DNA of 64,000 bases from Patescibacteria group bacterium. GTDB lineage: Bacteria; Patescibacteriota; Doudnabacteria; UBA920. Of this stretch, positions 38,647 to 47,915 are shown piece by piece (the first letter of the stretch is position 1; every line of letters starts with the position of its first letter). Position numbers and translations under genes: made by a program. The DNA is taken from NCBI GenBank assembly GCA_013387205.1, contig WARV01000024.1, positions 11,283 to 75,282 of the forward strand. The letters are read 5' to 3'. Under the pieces are notes generated by a model. The model saw only the letters and a program-made list of their open reading frames with translations. It did no database searches and was not told the origin of the DNA.

Positions 38647-38865
38647 AGATTAAATGACAAAATTGACAAAATTTAAATAATTAACATAAATGACGCTTGG
38701 CGTCATCCTGAGCGAATGCAGCTGAGCGAAGGATCTCTTGAGCAACAAGAGAAGATTCCTCGGCTGCACTCGGAATGACAACTTCATATAAAATAAGGTT
38801 TGTCATTTTTGTCATTTATGTCATTCTCGTCGTTTTTGTCATTTGGATTATTTTTGTTTCCATAT
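38647..38865. mobile_element. Composite palindromic element: TGACAAA(A) 9-bp direct-repeat arrays flanking a GTCATCCTGAGCGAATGC...GCACTCGGAATGAC inverted-repeat core
   Basis: The core at about 38690-38790 is paralogous to in-frame insertions at 41181-41325 (leuS) and 49920-50070 (M24 peptidase). The flanks share TTTTTGTCA units with family C. Confidence 0.7.
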
Positions 38866-38901
38866 TTTTCCTAATATCTAAAAACTAAAACCTATAACCT
38901 G

Positions 38902-41900
38902 TCAAATTACCAGGTTAATGAGTTTGTTTGGCACATAAATTACGCGTTTTATTTCACTTGTGCCGACTGCTTTTTTTACCTGCTCTACCACCAACGCCTC
39001 TGCCTTGACTTCGTCCTGGCTGCTATCCCGCTTAATGGACAGCTTAGCTTTAACTTTTCCGTTGACCTGTACAACAACATCAACAGTCTGGTCTATCACC
39101 AAAGCAGGATTATATTTTGGCCATTCGTGCTCTTGCAAAGATTTTTTATTGCCGAATAAAGAATACAGTTCTTCGCAAAAATGCGGGGCAAACGGGTACA
39201 TTAAAGCCAAAAAAGTTTTTAAAGAATCTAAAGTTATAAAGTCCTGCTTTATTTCATTATGGAATTCCATAAAGCTGGAAACAGCGGTGTTAAACCTCAT
39301 ATTTTCCAAATCTTCCGTAACCTTTTTAATTAGCTTATGCAAAGCTTTTTCTACTTTTTCCGTATCTTTAACTCCCTGATTATTTTTCGCATGAGGAGAA
39401 CTAATAACTTCATTCGCCCAAACCCAAACCCTGTCTAAAAACCTTCTCACGCCCAAAATCCCCTTATCGTTCCATGATACGGTCATTTCGTGCGGCCCCA
39501 AAAAAGGCTCGTACATCCTTAGAGTATCAGCTCCGAACTTTTTAACCACTTCGTTGGGATTAACCACATTTCCGCGGCTTTTAGACATCTTCTCGCCGTC
39601 CGCGGCTAAAATGATTCCATGAGGCTTTCTTAATACATAAGGTTCTTTGGTAGTAACCAACCCCTGGTCGTATAAGAACAGATTCCAAAAACGGGAGTAC
39701 AGCAAATGCAAAGTCGTATGTTCCATTCCTCCAAAGTAAACATCCACCGGGATCCAATACTTCTGCTTCTTTTTGTCAGAAAAAACTTTTTTATCTTTAG
39801 GGTCAATATACCTTAACCAATACCAAGAAGATCCTGCCCATTGCGGCATAGTATTGGTCTCGCGCTTGGCCGGCCCTTTGCATTTTGGACATTTTACATT
39901 TACCCAAGTCTCAATTGCGGCCAAAGGAGACTCCCCTGTCCCAGTCGGTTCGTAATTCTCAACCTCCGGCAATTTAACCGGCAAATCTTTTTCCGGCACC
40001 GCAACGATGCCGCACTTTTCGCAGTGAATTATAGGAATTGGCTCGCCCCAATATCTTTGCCTGCTAAAAACCCAATCTCGCAGCTTGTACTGCACGGTTA
40101 ATTTTCCGAACTCTTTTGCCATTTTTTCAATCGCTTGTTCTGAACCTAATCCGGAAAATTTTCCGGAGTTTATAAGCGTACCGTATTCCACGGAAGCCTT
40201 AGCTAATACCGGGGATGCAATGGCGCTGTCGATTATTTCATCCATTAATTCCGGAAGTTCTTTTAATCCCGACGATGTACCAAAATGGCCCTTGTTTTTC
40301 AAGACAACTGTATTCGCTTGCATATCTCTTTCGTATAAATCCTTTACCGACAAAGGTATATGTTCGTCGTTATCAGAAAACAAAGCAGTCGTTCCGGCTA
40401 CTAAATCCCGGATTTTTTCCCAATCCAAAGAAGCCTGCGAAACTTTCTGGATAGCTTCTGCTGGAGAATCGGCATGGTTGTCGCGATACCATTCCCAATC
40501 CATATCCGGATGGGTTGGTGCAACTAAAAATAAATGCCTAATCTTTTTGTTGAATTTCATCAGAAACTGCAAAGCGGTAGGCGCTCCCAAACTATACCCT
40601 ATAACAAGGGAGTTCTCATTTATCTCATCTTTATACTTTTCCAAAACCTTCAGTCTTTTATTTAAATCCGGGGTTCCCTGGTCATTCATATCAGGAGATA
40701 TCACTTTATATCCCAAGGCAGATAATTTTTCAGAAAGCCATGGAAACCAATTATTTTTGCCGTTACCGTTAGTCCCATGCAGCAACAAGACCGTACCGAC
40801 ATATTGCGGACGGACCACCTGGGTTATGGGCAAATTAAATTTTTGGGCAAACTCGAAATCGCGCTCGTCGTGTGCCGGCACAGCCATAATCGCGCCCGTG
40901 CCATAACCCCACAAAACGTAATCCGCAACCCATACCGGAATTTCTTCCTTCGTCGCGGGGTTAATTGCTTTTATACCTTTTAGTTCAACGCCGGTCTTTT
41001 CTTTTTCCAAAGACGTCCTTTGTGTTTCCGTTTCGCTCTTTACATCCTCGATATACTTTCTGACTTCCCCATAATTCTTAATTCTTGATTCTAAATTCTG
41101 CACCAACGGATGTTCAGGCGCCACAACCATATAAGTCGCGCCAAAAATAGTATCCGGGCGGGTAGTAAAGACTTTAATCTTCATGGCGTCATCCTGAGTC
41201 CCGGATGCATCTGAGGGACGAAGGATCTCTTTATTTGACTGAGGGTGAGATTCTTCGCTCGGCTGCACTCGCTCAGAATGACGCCGAGAGGATAATATCA
41301 CTTCGCCTTTTGCACTCCTCACAATGACACCGAAATCTATTTCCGCGCCAACGCTTTTTCCAATCCAGTTTTCCTGCTGCAGCTTAACAGCCTCCGGCCA
41401 CTCCGGCAGATTTTTTAACCCTTCCAAAAGCTTTTCGGCGTAAGCCGTAATTTTCAAATACCACTGCCTTAACTCTTTTTTTACAACAACAGTTCCGCAC
41501 CTGTCGCATTTGCCGTCAATCACTTCTTCGTTAGCCAGCCCGGTTTTATCTTTAGGGCACCAGTTTATAAGCCCGGTAGCTTCGTAAGCCAAGCCTGCTT
41601 CAAAAAACTTCAAAAAGATCCACTGCGTCCATTTATAATAGTCAGGATCCGTGGTGTTTACTTCCCTGCTCCAATCGAAACTAGTTCCCCAGGATTCAAG
41701 CTGGGCTTTGGCATTTTTGATATTTTTTGCCGTGGAAATGCTCGGATGGATATGGTGCTTTATTGCAAAATTTTCCGCAGGCAAACCAAAAGCATCCCAA
41801 CCGATTGGGTATAATACTTCATGGCCTTTCATGCGTAAGAAGCGGCTGTAAATATCCCCGGCAATATAAGGGCGCAAGTGTCCCATGTGCAAACCTTCGC

Positions 41901-42033
41901 CGGAAGGGTAAGGAAATTCCACCAGCACATATTTTTTCGGATTTTTTGAAAAATCTTTAGCGACAAAAGTTTTTTTCTGCTGCCAATATTTCTGCCACTT
42001 CTTTTCAATTTGTAATGGGTTATATTTCTTCAT
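38902..42033 (-). CDS. leuS: Leucine--tRNA ligase carrying two in-frame insertions (an RPE-like palindromic insert and an RBBP9/YdeN-like alpha/beta-hydrolase domain)
   Basis: HMGH and KMSKS class I motifs, a CP1 editing domain, and the anticodon-binding C-terminus. The ORF is 1062 aa from a TTG at 42090; I placed the start at the ATG at 42033 (1043 aa). Confidence 0.95.
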   Translation of the reverse strand: MKKYNPLQIEKKWQKYWQQKKTFVAKDFSKNPKKYVLVEFPYPSGEGLHMGHLRPYIAGDIYSRFLRMKGHEVLYPIGWDAFGLPAENFAIKHHIHPSISTAKNIKNAKAQLESWGTSFDWSREVNTTDPDYYKWTQWIFLKFFEAGLAYEATGLINWCPKDKTGLANEEVIDGKCDRCGTVVVKKELRQWYLKITAYAEKLLEGLKNLPEWPEAVKLQQENWIGKSVGAEIDFGVIVRSAKGEVILSSRRHSERVQPSEESHPQSNKEILRPSDASGTQDDAMKIKVFTTRPDTIFGATYMVVAPEHPLVQNLESRIKNYGEVRKYIEDVKSETETQRTSLEKEKTGVELKGIKAINPATKEEIPVWVADYVLWGYGTGAIMAVPAHDERDFEFAQKFNLPITQVVRPQYVGTVLLLHGTNGNGKNNWFPWLSEKLSALGYKVISPDMNDQGTPDLNKRLKVLEKYKDEINENSLVIGYSLGAPTALQFLMKFNKKIRHLFLVAPTHPDMDWEWYRDNHADSPAEAIQKVSQASLDWEKIRDLVAGTTALFSDNDEHIPLSVKDLYERDMQANTVVLKNKGHFGTSSGLKELPELMDEIIDSAIASPVLAKASVEYGTLINSGKFSGLGSEQAIEKMAKEFGKLTVQYKLRDWVFSRQRYWGEPIPIIHCEKCGIVAVPEKDLPVKLPEVENYEPTGTGESPLAAIETWVNVKCPKCKGPAKRETNTMPQWAGSSWYWLRYIDPKDKKVFSDKKKQKYWIPVDVYFGGMEHTTLHLLYSRFWNLFLYDQGLVTTKEPYVLRKPHGIILAADGEKMSKSRGNVVNPNEVVKKFGADTLRMYEPFLGPHEMTVSWNDKGILGVRRFLDRVWVWANEVISSPHAKNNQGVKDTEKVEKALHKLIKKVTEDLENMRFNTAVSSFMEFHNEIKQDFITLDSLKTFLALMYPFAPHFCEELYSLFGNKKSLQEHEWPKYNPALVIDQTVDVVVQVNGKVKAKLSIKRDSSQDEVKAEALVVEQVKKAVGTSEIKRVIYVPNKLINLVI
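40216..40809 (-). other. Alpha/beta-hydrolase (Ser_hydrolase/RBBP9/YdeN-like) domain inserted in the LeuRS leucyl-specific domain
   Basis: Residues near 428-625: VLLLHGTNGNGKNNW (HG oxyanion), VIGYSLGA (GxSxG nucleophile elbow), FSDNDEHIP (acid), KGHF (His). Flanked by canonical LeuRS ..FNLPITQVV and GTLINSGKFSGL. Confidence 0.75.
41181..41325. mobile_element. RPE-like palindromic element inserted in frame in leuS
   Basis: GGCGTCATCCTGAGTCCCGGATGCATCTGAGGGACGAAGGATCTC ... GATTCTTCGCTCGGCTGCACTCGCTCAGAATGACGCC. It encodes the low-complexity segment IVRSAKGEVILSSRRHSERVQPSEESHPQSNKEILRPSDASGTQDDA, between the conserved IDFGV and KIKVFTTRPDT. Confidence 0.75.
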
Positions 42034-42086
42034 AATAGTATATTCATTATTTCCTCTCCCTTTAGGGAGAGGGTGGGGTGAGGGGG

Positions 42087-42452
42087 TCAATTTTTCAAAA
42101 ATTGATAAATTCTATTTAAAACCCCTTCTAAATTTTCATCTAAGTCATTATCCCAAAATCTTAAAACAATATATCCTTGATCTCTCAAAAGTTTATCTCT
42201 TAATGAATCGGTAATTTTTTTCTGAAGATGATGACTACCATCTAATTCAATGATTAATCTTTTTTTGATACAAATAAAATCAACTATAAAATTTCCAATC
42301 GGATACTGCCTTCTAAATTTAAAATCTTTAAACCTTCTATGTCGCAGAAGATACCATAATTTTTGTTCCCAAGGAGTTTGATTTATCCTTAACTTCCTGG
42401 CTGCTTGTATCAAATTTTGGTTTTCAATCCCCCTCATCCGTCCTCCGGCCAC
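42087..42452 (-). CDS. DUF559 (endonuclease-domain, Vsr-like fold) protein
   Basis: 121 aa, ..NQTPWEQKLWYLLRHRR..FKFRRQYPIGNFIVDFIC....IIELDGSHH....D..RD..L...GY.VLRFWDNDL. Flanked by CTCCCTttaGGGAGAG (42055-42070) and CTCCCTcaGGGAGAAGG (42455-42475) hairpins. Confidence 0.8.
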   Translation of the reverse strand: MAGGRMRGIENQNLIQAARKLRINQTPWEQKLWYLLRHRRFKDFKFRRQYPIGNFIVDFICIKKRLIIELDGSHHLQKKITDSLRDKLLRDQGYIVLRFWDNDLDENLEGVLNRIYQFLKN

Positions 42453-42460
42453 CTTCTCCC

Positions 42461-43348
42461 TCAGGGAGAAGGAAATAAGAAAAGTTTTTTTGCATTCTCT
42501 GTCGTCATCTTCTCAACCTCGGCAAGTTCCAAACCAAGGACTTCCGCCACCCTTTGAGCCACGTACTTTACGTACGCTGGCTCATTTCTTTTGCCCCGGT
42601 TCGGAACCGGAGCCAGATAAGGGCAATCGGTCTCCAAAACAAACCTGTCCAGCGGCGCCTGTTTGACCAGTTTTTCCATGTTTCCAGTCTTATCAAATGT
42701 AATTATACCATTAAAGCTTATGTAGCCGCCAAGCTTATAAAATTCCTGCATCAGCTCCGGGCTTCCGGTATAACTATGAAGTACAAACCTGATATCAGAT
42801 TTAAGATTTAAGATTTCTGATTTAAGAATTTCTAAAATATCAATTGCGGCATCATCTGTACCCTTTGATGAACGGGAGTGAATAATCAACGTTTTATCTA
42901 ATTCTTTTGCCAAATTAATCTGGGCGATAAAAGCTTGTTTTTGCTTTTCTTTGATAATATCCAAACTTTCCAGATGGTCCCCATCCTGATGGGGACCATC
43001 TGGAACAGGTAACCGATAATAATCCAAACCGCATTCCCCTATTCCCACAACTTTGGGATTCTCCGCCAGACTTCGATACATCGATGTATCGAAGTGCTCT
43101 TCGCGGGTTAAAAAATGGGTTTCTTCTTCATCGACATGCTGCGAATGGGTGTGCTCGGGATGCAATCCCACAGCCGCGTACACTCCTTTCTCGAACATGT
43201 TTGCTAATTCCACTGCCTGCCTGGATGTGTCAATTTGCGAGCCAATGTTAATAACCCAAACGCCTTGGTCCATTGAGCGCTTGAGCACTTCCTTGGCATC
43301 ATCCTTAAACCCGCGAAAATTTACGTGAGCATGGGTGTCGATGAGCAT
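42461..43348 (-). CDS. tatD: TatD-family metal-dependent hydrolase (DNase) with a short microsatellite-derived insertion
   Basis: 295 aa, IDTHAHVN..; the metG-tatD linkage is conserved. (AGATTTAAG)n at 42795-42830 encodes LKSEILNLKSDIRF. Confidence 0.85.
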   Translation of the reverse strand: MLIDTHAHVNFRGFKDDAKEVLKRSMDQGVWVINIGSQIDTSRQAVELANMFEKGVYAAVGLHPEHTHSQHVDEEETHFLTREEHFDTSMYRSLAENPKVVGIGECGLDYYRLPVPDGPHQDGDHLESLDIIKEKQKQAFIAQINLAKELDKTLIIHSRSSKGTDDAAIDILEILKSEILNLKSDIRFVLHSYTGSPELMQEFYKLGGYISFNGIITFDKTGNMEKLVKQAPLDRFVLETDCPYLAPVPNRGKRNEPAYVKYVAQRVAEVLGLELAEVEKMTTENAKKLFLFPSP

Positions 43349-43365
43349 GAATTATGAAGTATGAA

Positions 43366-44808
43366 TTAAGAATTAAGAATGCGGGGAAACAGTGGTTCAG
43401 CTTTGATAATGGGATATTTTTTCAGATGATCTAATATTTTTAGACTGGATTCTGGCAAAAACGGTTCTAACTGTTCGGCCACAAAATAAATTCTTGCTAT
43501 GAGATGGTGGGAAACGTCGCTGAATTCCGCCAAATCAGATTTTGCCAAATCCCATAATTTCTTTTCATCAACAATTTTATTCGCAATAATAACCTGCTCC
43601 CAAATTTTCGATAACGCCGTATGAAAACGGAAATTTGCTATTTCTGCTTCAATCTCTTTTTTTTCCTTGCTAAAATCGCAATAAAAAATATTTTTCTGGC
43701 TTTCGTATTTTCCACCGAGATATTTCTCTGCCAATGTGGTGACGCGGCTAACTAAGTTACCCAAACCATTTGCCAGTTCGCCCTCATAGCGAGTTTTTAA
43801 TTTCTCTTCGCTTACATCCCCGTCATCGCCGAACGCCACTTCGCGCAAAAGCAAATAACGCACGGCGTCCGCGCCGTACTTAGCCACCCAATCGTTCGGG
43901 TCAATTACATTACCAATGCTTTTGGACATCTTTTCTCCGCCAACAGTCAAATAACCATGCACAACAACCTCTTTAGGCAAAGGCAGTCCGGCTGCAAGCA
44001 AAATTGCCGGCCAAATTATGCAATGAAATTTGGAAATATCCTTGCCGATAATATGGCAGTTTGCCGGCCACCAATCTTTTCCATTTTCATCTTTGGCGCC
44101 GGTAACGTAATTAATAAGCGCATCCACCCATACATACACGGTCTGCTCTTTATCCCACGGCAGAGGTATTCCCCATTTCACGTTCGGCCTCGATATGGCA
44201 ATATCGTTAAAACCTTGCTCAAGCAAACTTAAAATTTCATTTTTGCGCTCAACCGGCCAAATTTTCAATTCATCTTTTTCAATTGATTCCTTAATTTTTC
44301 CGGTAAATTCTGACACTTTCAAAAACCAGTTTTTTTCCGTAACAAGTTCCGGCTTGGTTTTATGGATTGGACACAAGCCGTCTATTAAATCTTTTTCCGG
44401 ATAAAACGTCTCGCAAGATACGCAATACAAACCGCTATATTCTCCTTCATAAACATAACCATTGTCCTTTATCTTTATCAGTAAATCTTCAACGGTCTTA
44501 ATATGGTCAGCATCAGTTGTACGGATAAGCCTGTCAGGCTGGATATTAAGCTGGTCCCAGGCAAAACTAAACTGGGCGGCTGTCTGGTCAGTAAACTCTT
44601 TTAAAGCCACACCGGATGCCGCAGCAGCTTTTTCGATTTTCGAGCCATGCTCGTCTGTCCCGGTTAAGAATCGCACTCTATCTCGCCCGTACTTAGCCGA
44701 ATAAAACCTGGCCAACACGTCGGCTGCAACTTTCTCATATGCATGGCCAATGTGCGGCTTGGCGTTAATGTAATCTATTGCGGTTGTAATAAAGAATTTT
44801 TCAGTCAT
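43366..44808 (-). CDS. metG: Methionine--tRNA ligase (short form, no C-terminal tRNA-binding domain)
   Basis: 480 aa with an HIGH-type motif (INAKPHIGHAYEKV) and KMSKS. Confidence 0.95.
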   Translation of the reverse strand: MTEKFFITTAIDYINAKPHIGHAYEKVAADVLARFYSAKYGRDRVRFLTGTDEHGSKIEKAAAASGVALKEFTDQTAAQFSFAWDQLNIQPDRLIRTTDADHIKTVEDLLIKIKDNGYVYEGEYSGLYCVSCETFYPEKDLIDGLCPIHKTKPELVTEKNWFLKVSEFTGKIKESIEKDELKIWPVERKNEILSLLEQGFNDIAISRPNVKWGIPLPWDKEQTVYVWVDALINYVTGAKDENGKDWWPANCHIIGKDISKFHCIIWPAILLAAGLPLPKEVVVHGYLTVGGEKMSKSIGNVIDPNDWVAKYGADAVRYLLLREVAFGDDGDVSEEKLKTRYEGELANGLGNLVSRVTTLAEKYLGGKYESQKNIFYCDFSKEKKEIEAEIANFRFHTALSKIWEQVIIANKIVDEKKLWDLAKSDLAEFSDVSHHLIARIYFVAEQLEPFLPESSLKILDHLKKYPIIKAEPLFPRILNS

Positions 44809-44903
44809 AAATTTAAATTATACCTTTAAATTATAGCGTTTTTTGCAGTAAAAAGGAAGGCCGCCGCAAGTACTTGCGGCGGCCTATAAGACACATTTCT
44901 TGT

Positions 44904-45911
44904 TTATGTCGTTGATCTGGCCGAATAAATTTCCCTGAAGACAATTGTTATGGCAGTGGCCAGCGGCACGGAAATTAACACCCCCACCACTCCGGCTAAT
45001 TTCAAGCCTATTAATAAAGCCAGTAACACCACAAGCGGCGAAGTACCCACGGTTTTTTCCATAATCTTGGGCACTAAAACATATCCTTCAAATTCATGCA
45101 CTAAAATATATAAAACAATTACCGCTATGGCTAAAGACGGCTGCTGGCTAAAAGCCAGCAGCACGGCCGGGACAGCCGAAAGGAAAGGCCCGATATACGG
45201 AACCAGCTCAAACAAACCGGCCAGCAGCGCCAGGACCAGGGCATACTTAACATGCAAAATCGTCAGGCCGATGAATGTAAAAAGAAAAATGCCGAAACAA
45301 ATAATTACCTGCCCAATAACCCACAACCCCATCTTTTTTTGGATCTTATCAATAAGGTTCATTGTAAATTCATGATGGTGTTTCGGCACCAAAGAATCCA
45401 CAAAAGATTTCATGCCCTTTTCTTCCACCAGAAGGTAGATAGAGATGATTAACACCGCAATGAAAGAAAGGACACCGTTAAAGAATACGAATGTTTTTGC
45501 CAAAACCCCTCCTCCGCTGGAAATGCCGGATGTCAAATTTTTCAGAATGTCTGAAATATTATAATTACTTGGGATTATTGCCCCAAAATACTTGTGGATC
45601 TCCCCATTATACATTGGCAAATTATCCCGCAAGAAAGAAGCCTCCCTTAAGACCGGCGGAATTACCAAATACACAATTAAGACAGCTACGGCCAAAACCA
45701 ATCCGTAGACAGCCAGGACGCTGACAATGCGCGGGATTTTTATCTTATTCAAATAATTAACCAGCGGGTCCATGGCCGACCCTAATATCAAAGACAATAA
45801 AATAATCACGACAATGTCGCGGATTAGCCATAAAAAAACCAAAGCCAAAAATGCAAAAATGACCTTTAAAATTATTTTCGTGCTGGTATCTAACTCGTTG
45901 TAATATCTCAT
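44904..45911 (-). CDS. AI-2E family transporter (UPF0118/PerM)
   Basis: 335 aa from the ATG at 45911, with 7-8 TM helices and the conserved PYIG and SVP motifs. Confidence 0.8.
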   Translation of the reverse strand: MRYYNELDTSTKIILKVIFAFLALVFLWLIRDIVVIILLSLILGSAMDPLVNYLNKIKIPRIVSVLAVYGLVLAVAVLIVYLVIPPVLREASFLRDNLPMYNGEIHKYFGAIIPSNYNISDILKNLTSGISSGGGVLAKTFVFFNGVLSFIAVLIISIYLLVEEKGMKSFVDSLVPKHHHEFTMNLIDKIQKKMGLWVIGQVIICFGIFLFTFIGLTILHVKYALVLALLAGLFELVPYIGPFLSAVPAVLLAFSQQPSLAIAVIVLYILVHEFEGYVLVPKIMEKTVGTSPLVVLLALLIGLKLAGVVGVLISVPLATAITIVFREIYSARSTT

Positions 45912-46065
45912 ACCCTGTAGAATTTCTTTGCAATTGTTCGCTGTCCGCCAGCTGGCGGATACCGACAACGAAGATTATTGCAATGTAAGTGAATTTGACG
46001 TCCCTTATAGGCTAACCTATTATTTACCGCTCACAACAGGAGGTTTGCAAAGAAGCTCTACAGGG
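45912..46065. mobile_element. MITE-like repeat family J, copy 1 (CCTGTAGAATTTCTTTG ... CAAAGAAGCTCTACAGGG)
   Basis: Terminal IRs are identical to copy 2 at 52562-52700 but the internal sequence differs. Both copies directly abut a start codon. Confidence 0.75.
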
Positions 46066-46105
46066 CATGCCTTTATTTTACACTTTAACCAGTAAAAAAT
46101 CCAGC

Positions 46106-46330
46106 TTAAACAGCTGGATTTTCTTGTGATTGTTCGTCTAAAATTTTTCTGGCTTTTTCTATCTGTTCATCGGCTCTTTTAATCCCTTCCAAGCAATAAG
46201 ACTTGATTTGCTCTCGCAAAAAGTCATTCAGGCCTTCGGCTTGCAAATCCCTGACTAAGATATCCTTTATGGTCTGGTCTAACTCGGAGCCTTGGATCAA
46301 ATCTGTGATAATTTGAATTTTCTCGTCCAT
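46106..46330 (-). CDS. Hypothetical small acidic protein
   Basis: 74 aa. Its start overlaps the stop of the upstream 46-aa ORF (TAAcATG). Confidence 0.4.
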   Translation of the reverse strand: MDEKIQIITDLIQGSELDQTIKDILVRDLQAEGLNDFLREQIKSYCLEGIKRADEQIEKARKILDEQSQENPAV

Positions 46331-46332
46331 GT

Positions 46333-46473
46333 TAAACCGCCTCCTCTACTTTAGCCAGGATTGTCTGAAACCCTTCCTTAGCTTTAACCGGATTTTCAAA
46401 GTTATGCCATGGAGCTTCCGGCGCAGGTGGAAGTTCGCTGACAGGATGCATTCTTGCTTCAAGATTATCCATT
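46333..46473 (-). CDS. Hypothetical small protein (46 aa), translationally coupled to the 74-aa ORF
   Basis: MDNLEARMHPVSELPPAPEAPWHNFENPVKAKEGFQTILAKVEEAV. It is not in the ORF track because it is under 60 aa; I read it by eye. Confidence 0.3.
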
Positions 46474-46488
46474 TGCTTGCCTTTCTTT

Positions 46489-47373
46489 TTATTTCTTGAG
46501 ATTATCCCTCAAGCTCTTTAAAAGTTTAATGTCTGCTTCCACTTTATCATGCTCTGTTTCTAAAATCAAGGGGAAAGGTGACATTTTACCTTTAACCTTC
46601 GACATTTGACTAAAAAATTCCAAAATAGACTTAAACCCTTCAACACCAATCTCTCCATCGCCTATATGCTGGTGCCTATCTTTCCTACTGCCCAAAGGAG
46701 TTTTGGAATCGTTGATATGGCTCATTTTCAGGTGCTTTAGGCCTATTACCTTATCAAACTCACTGAACACCTCAACTGCTCCGCCAGTTGGCGGATGAGC
46801 CATTCGCAGGTCATACCCGCTGGCAAAGGCGTGCTGGGTATCAAAGCAAACGCCGCCAAAACCTTTAAATTTCACCAATGGCTCCATAATCTCTGCCAAC
46901 TCCTCAAAAGTGTCGCCGATAATATTTCCGCCGCCTGCCGCAATTTCCAGCAAAAGCTTAGTTTCGCCTTCATAGTCTTCCAAAACCTTTTTTAGCCCGT
47001 CTTTGGTTTGTTTAAAGGCATCCTTTTCACCCAAATCCTTAAAACTGCCTAAGTGCGTCATGACGTACAAAGCACCAAGCTTATCGGAGCGCTCCAGTTC
47101 CTGCCTGACCACGGAAATCGAGCCGTGGTAAATCCTCGGCTCTATGGAACCAAAGTTGATGTAATAAGGAGTATGGACCACGAATTCCTTAAATCTATAA
47201 TTTTCCATTTCGGCTTTAAACCGTGCCGAGGTTTTATCGTCTATTTCCGCGCCCTTACCTCCCTGCGGCGGCCGGGTAAAAATCTGGAAAGTTTCGCAAT
47301 TCAAATCCGCCGCGTTTTTAGGCGCGTTCCAAACTCCCCCAGCAGCTGAAACATGGCAGCCGATTTTTAACAT
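46489..47373 (-). CDS. nfo: Deoxyribonuclease IV (endonuclease IV, AP endonuclease family 2)
   Basis: MLKIGCHVSAAGG.. with conserved metal-binding H/D/E residues. Confidence 0.85.
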   Translation of the reverse strand: MLKIGCHVSAAGGVWNAPKNAADLNCETFQIFTRPPQGGKGAEIDDKTSARFKAEMENYRFKEFVVHTPYYINFGSIEPRIYHGSISVVRQELERSDKLGALYVMTHLGSFKDLGEKDAFKQTKDGLKKVLEDYEGETKLLLEIAAGGGNIIGDTFEELAEIMEPLVKFKGFGGVCFDTQHAFASGYDLRMAHPPTGGAVEVFSEFDKVIGLKHLKMSHINDSKTPLGSRKDRHQHIGDGEIGVEGFKSILEFFSQMSKVKGKMSPFPLILETEHDKVEADIKLLKSLRDNLKK

Positions 47374-47915
47374 ATCTTTTCCAACCATTGTTTTATCTTA
47401 AGTTGATTGCTTAAAGTGCAAGAGTTGCACCAATTTTCAGGATGGGATAATAATTCCTTATTATATTCATCCATATTATACCATTTCGCGCCAATGATTT
47501 CCCCATCATTGAATATTAATTGGCTTATGTCGCTATTGAACAAATATGCGTAGTTTTCGTAAAAATGCATCCATGGTTCGTATTTGCCTTTATCAATTAA
47601 TACTAAACCGGATTCTCTTACAGCAAGCCCGACTTCTTCCTCCAGTTCAGCAAGCGCGGTTTTTAAAAAAGATGACCCGGCTTTAACATGGCCGCCCAAA
47701 TAACTTTGCCATTTTCCCGGATTACCGGACAAGTGCAAAGCCCGCCTTGTGCACAAAATCTGCCCTTGCTTGTTTACCAGCCAAATGTTTGCCACGGCAT
47801 GCCACTGCCTGGTGCCATCCCTACAGACCAAACTGCGCGGCTTTGGTTCGGTTAAATTTCCCTGTTCATCGAAACAAGACAAAAGCTCGTCATTTGGGTT
47901 TGTTTTTGTTTCCAT
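47367..47915 (-). CDS. NUDIX hydrolase
   Basis: 182 aa. Nudix box GGHVKAGSSFLKTALAELEEEVGL. Confidence 0.8.
   Translation of the reverse strand: METKTNPNDELLSCFDEQGNLTEPKPRSLVCRDGTRQWHAVANIWLVNKQGQILCTRRALHLSGNPGKWQSYLGGHVKAGSSFLKTALAELEEEVGLAVRESGLVLIDKGKYEPWMHFYENYAYLFNSDISQLIFNDGEIIGAKWYNMDEYNKELLSHPENWCNSCTLSNQLKIKQWLEKIC

Noticed and set aside
42795-42830. Short tandem repeats (AGATTTAAG)n here and at 35278-35300, together with the many regularly sized palindromic repeats, considered as possible CRISPR arrays
   Set aside because: No repeat-spacer-repeat architecture is present: there are no arrays of 3 or more identical 24-48 bp repeats with unique spacers, and no cas genes. They are microsatellite or MITE-type elements.
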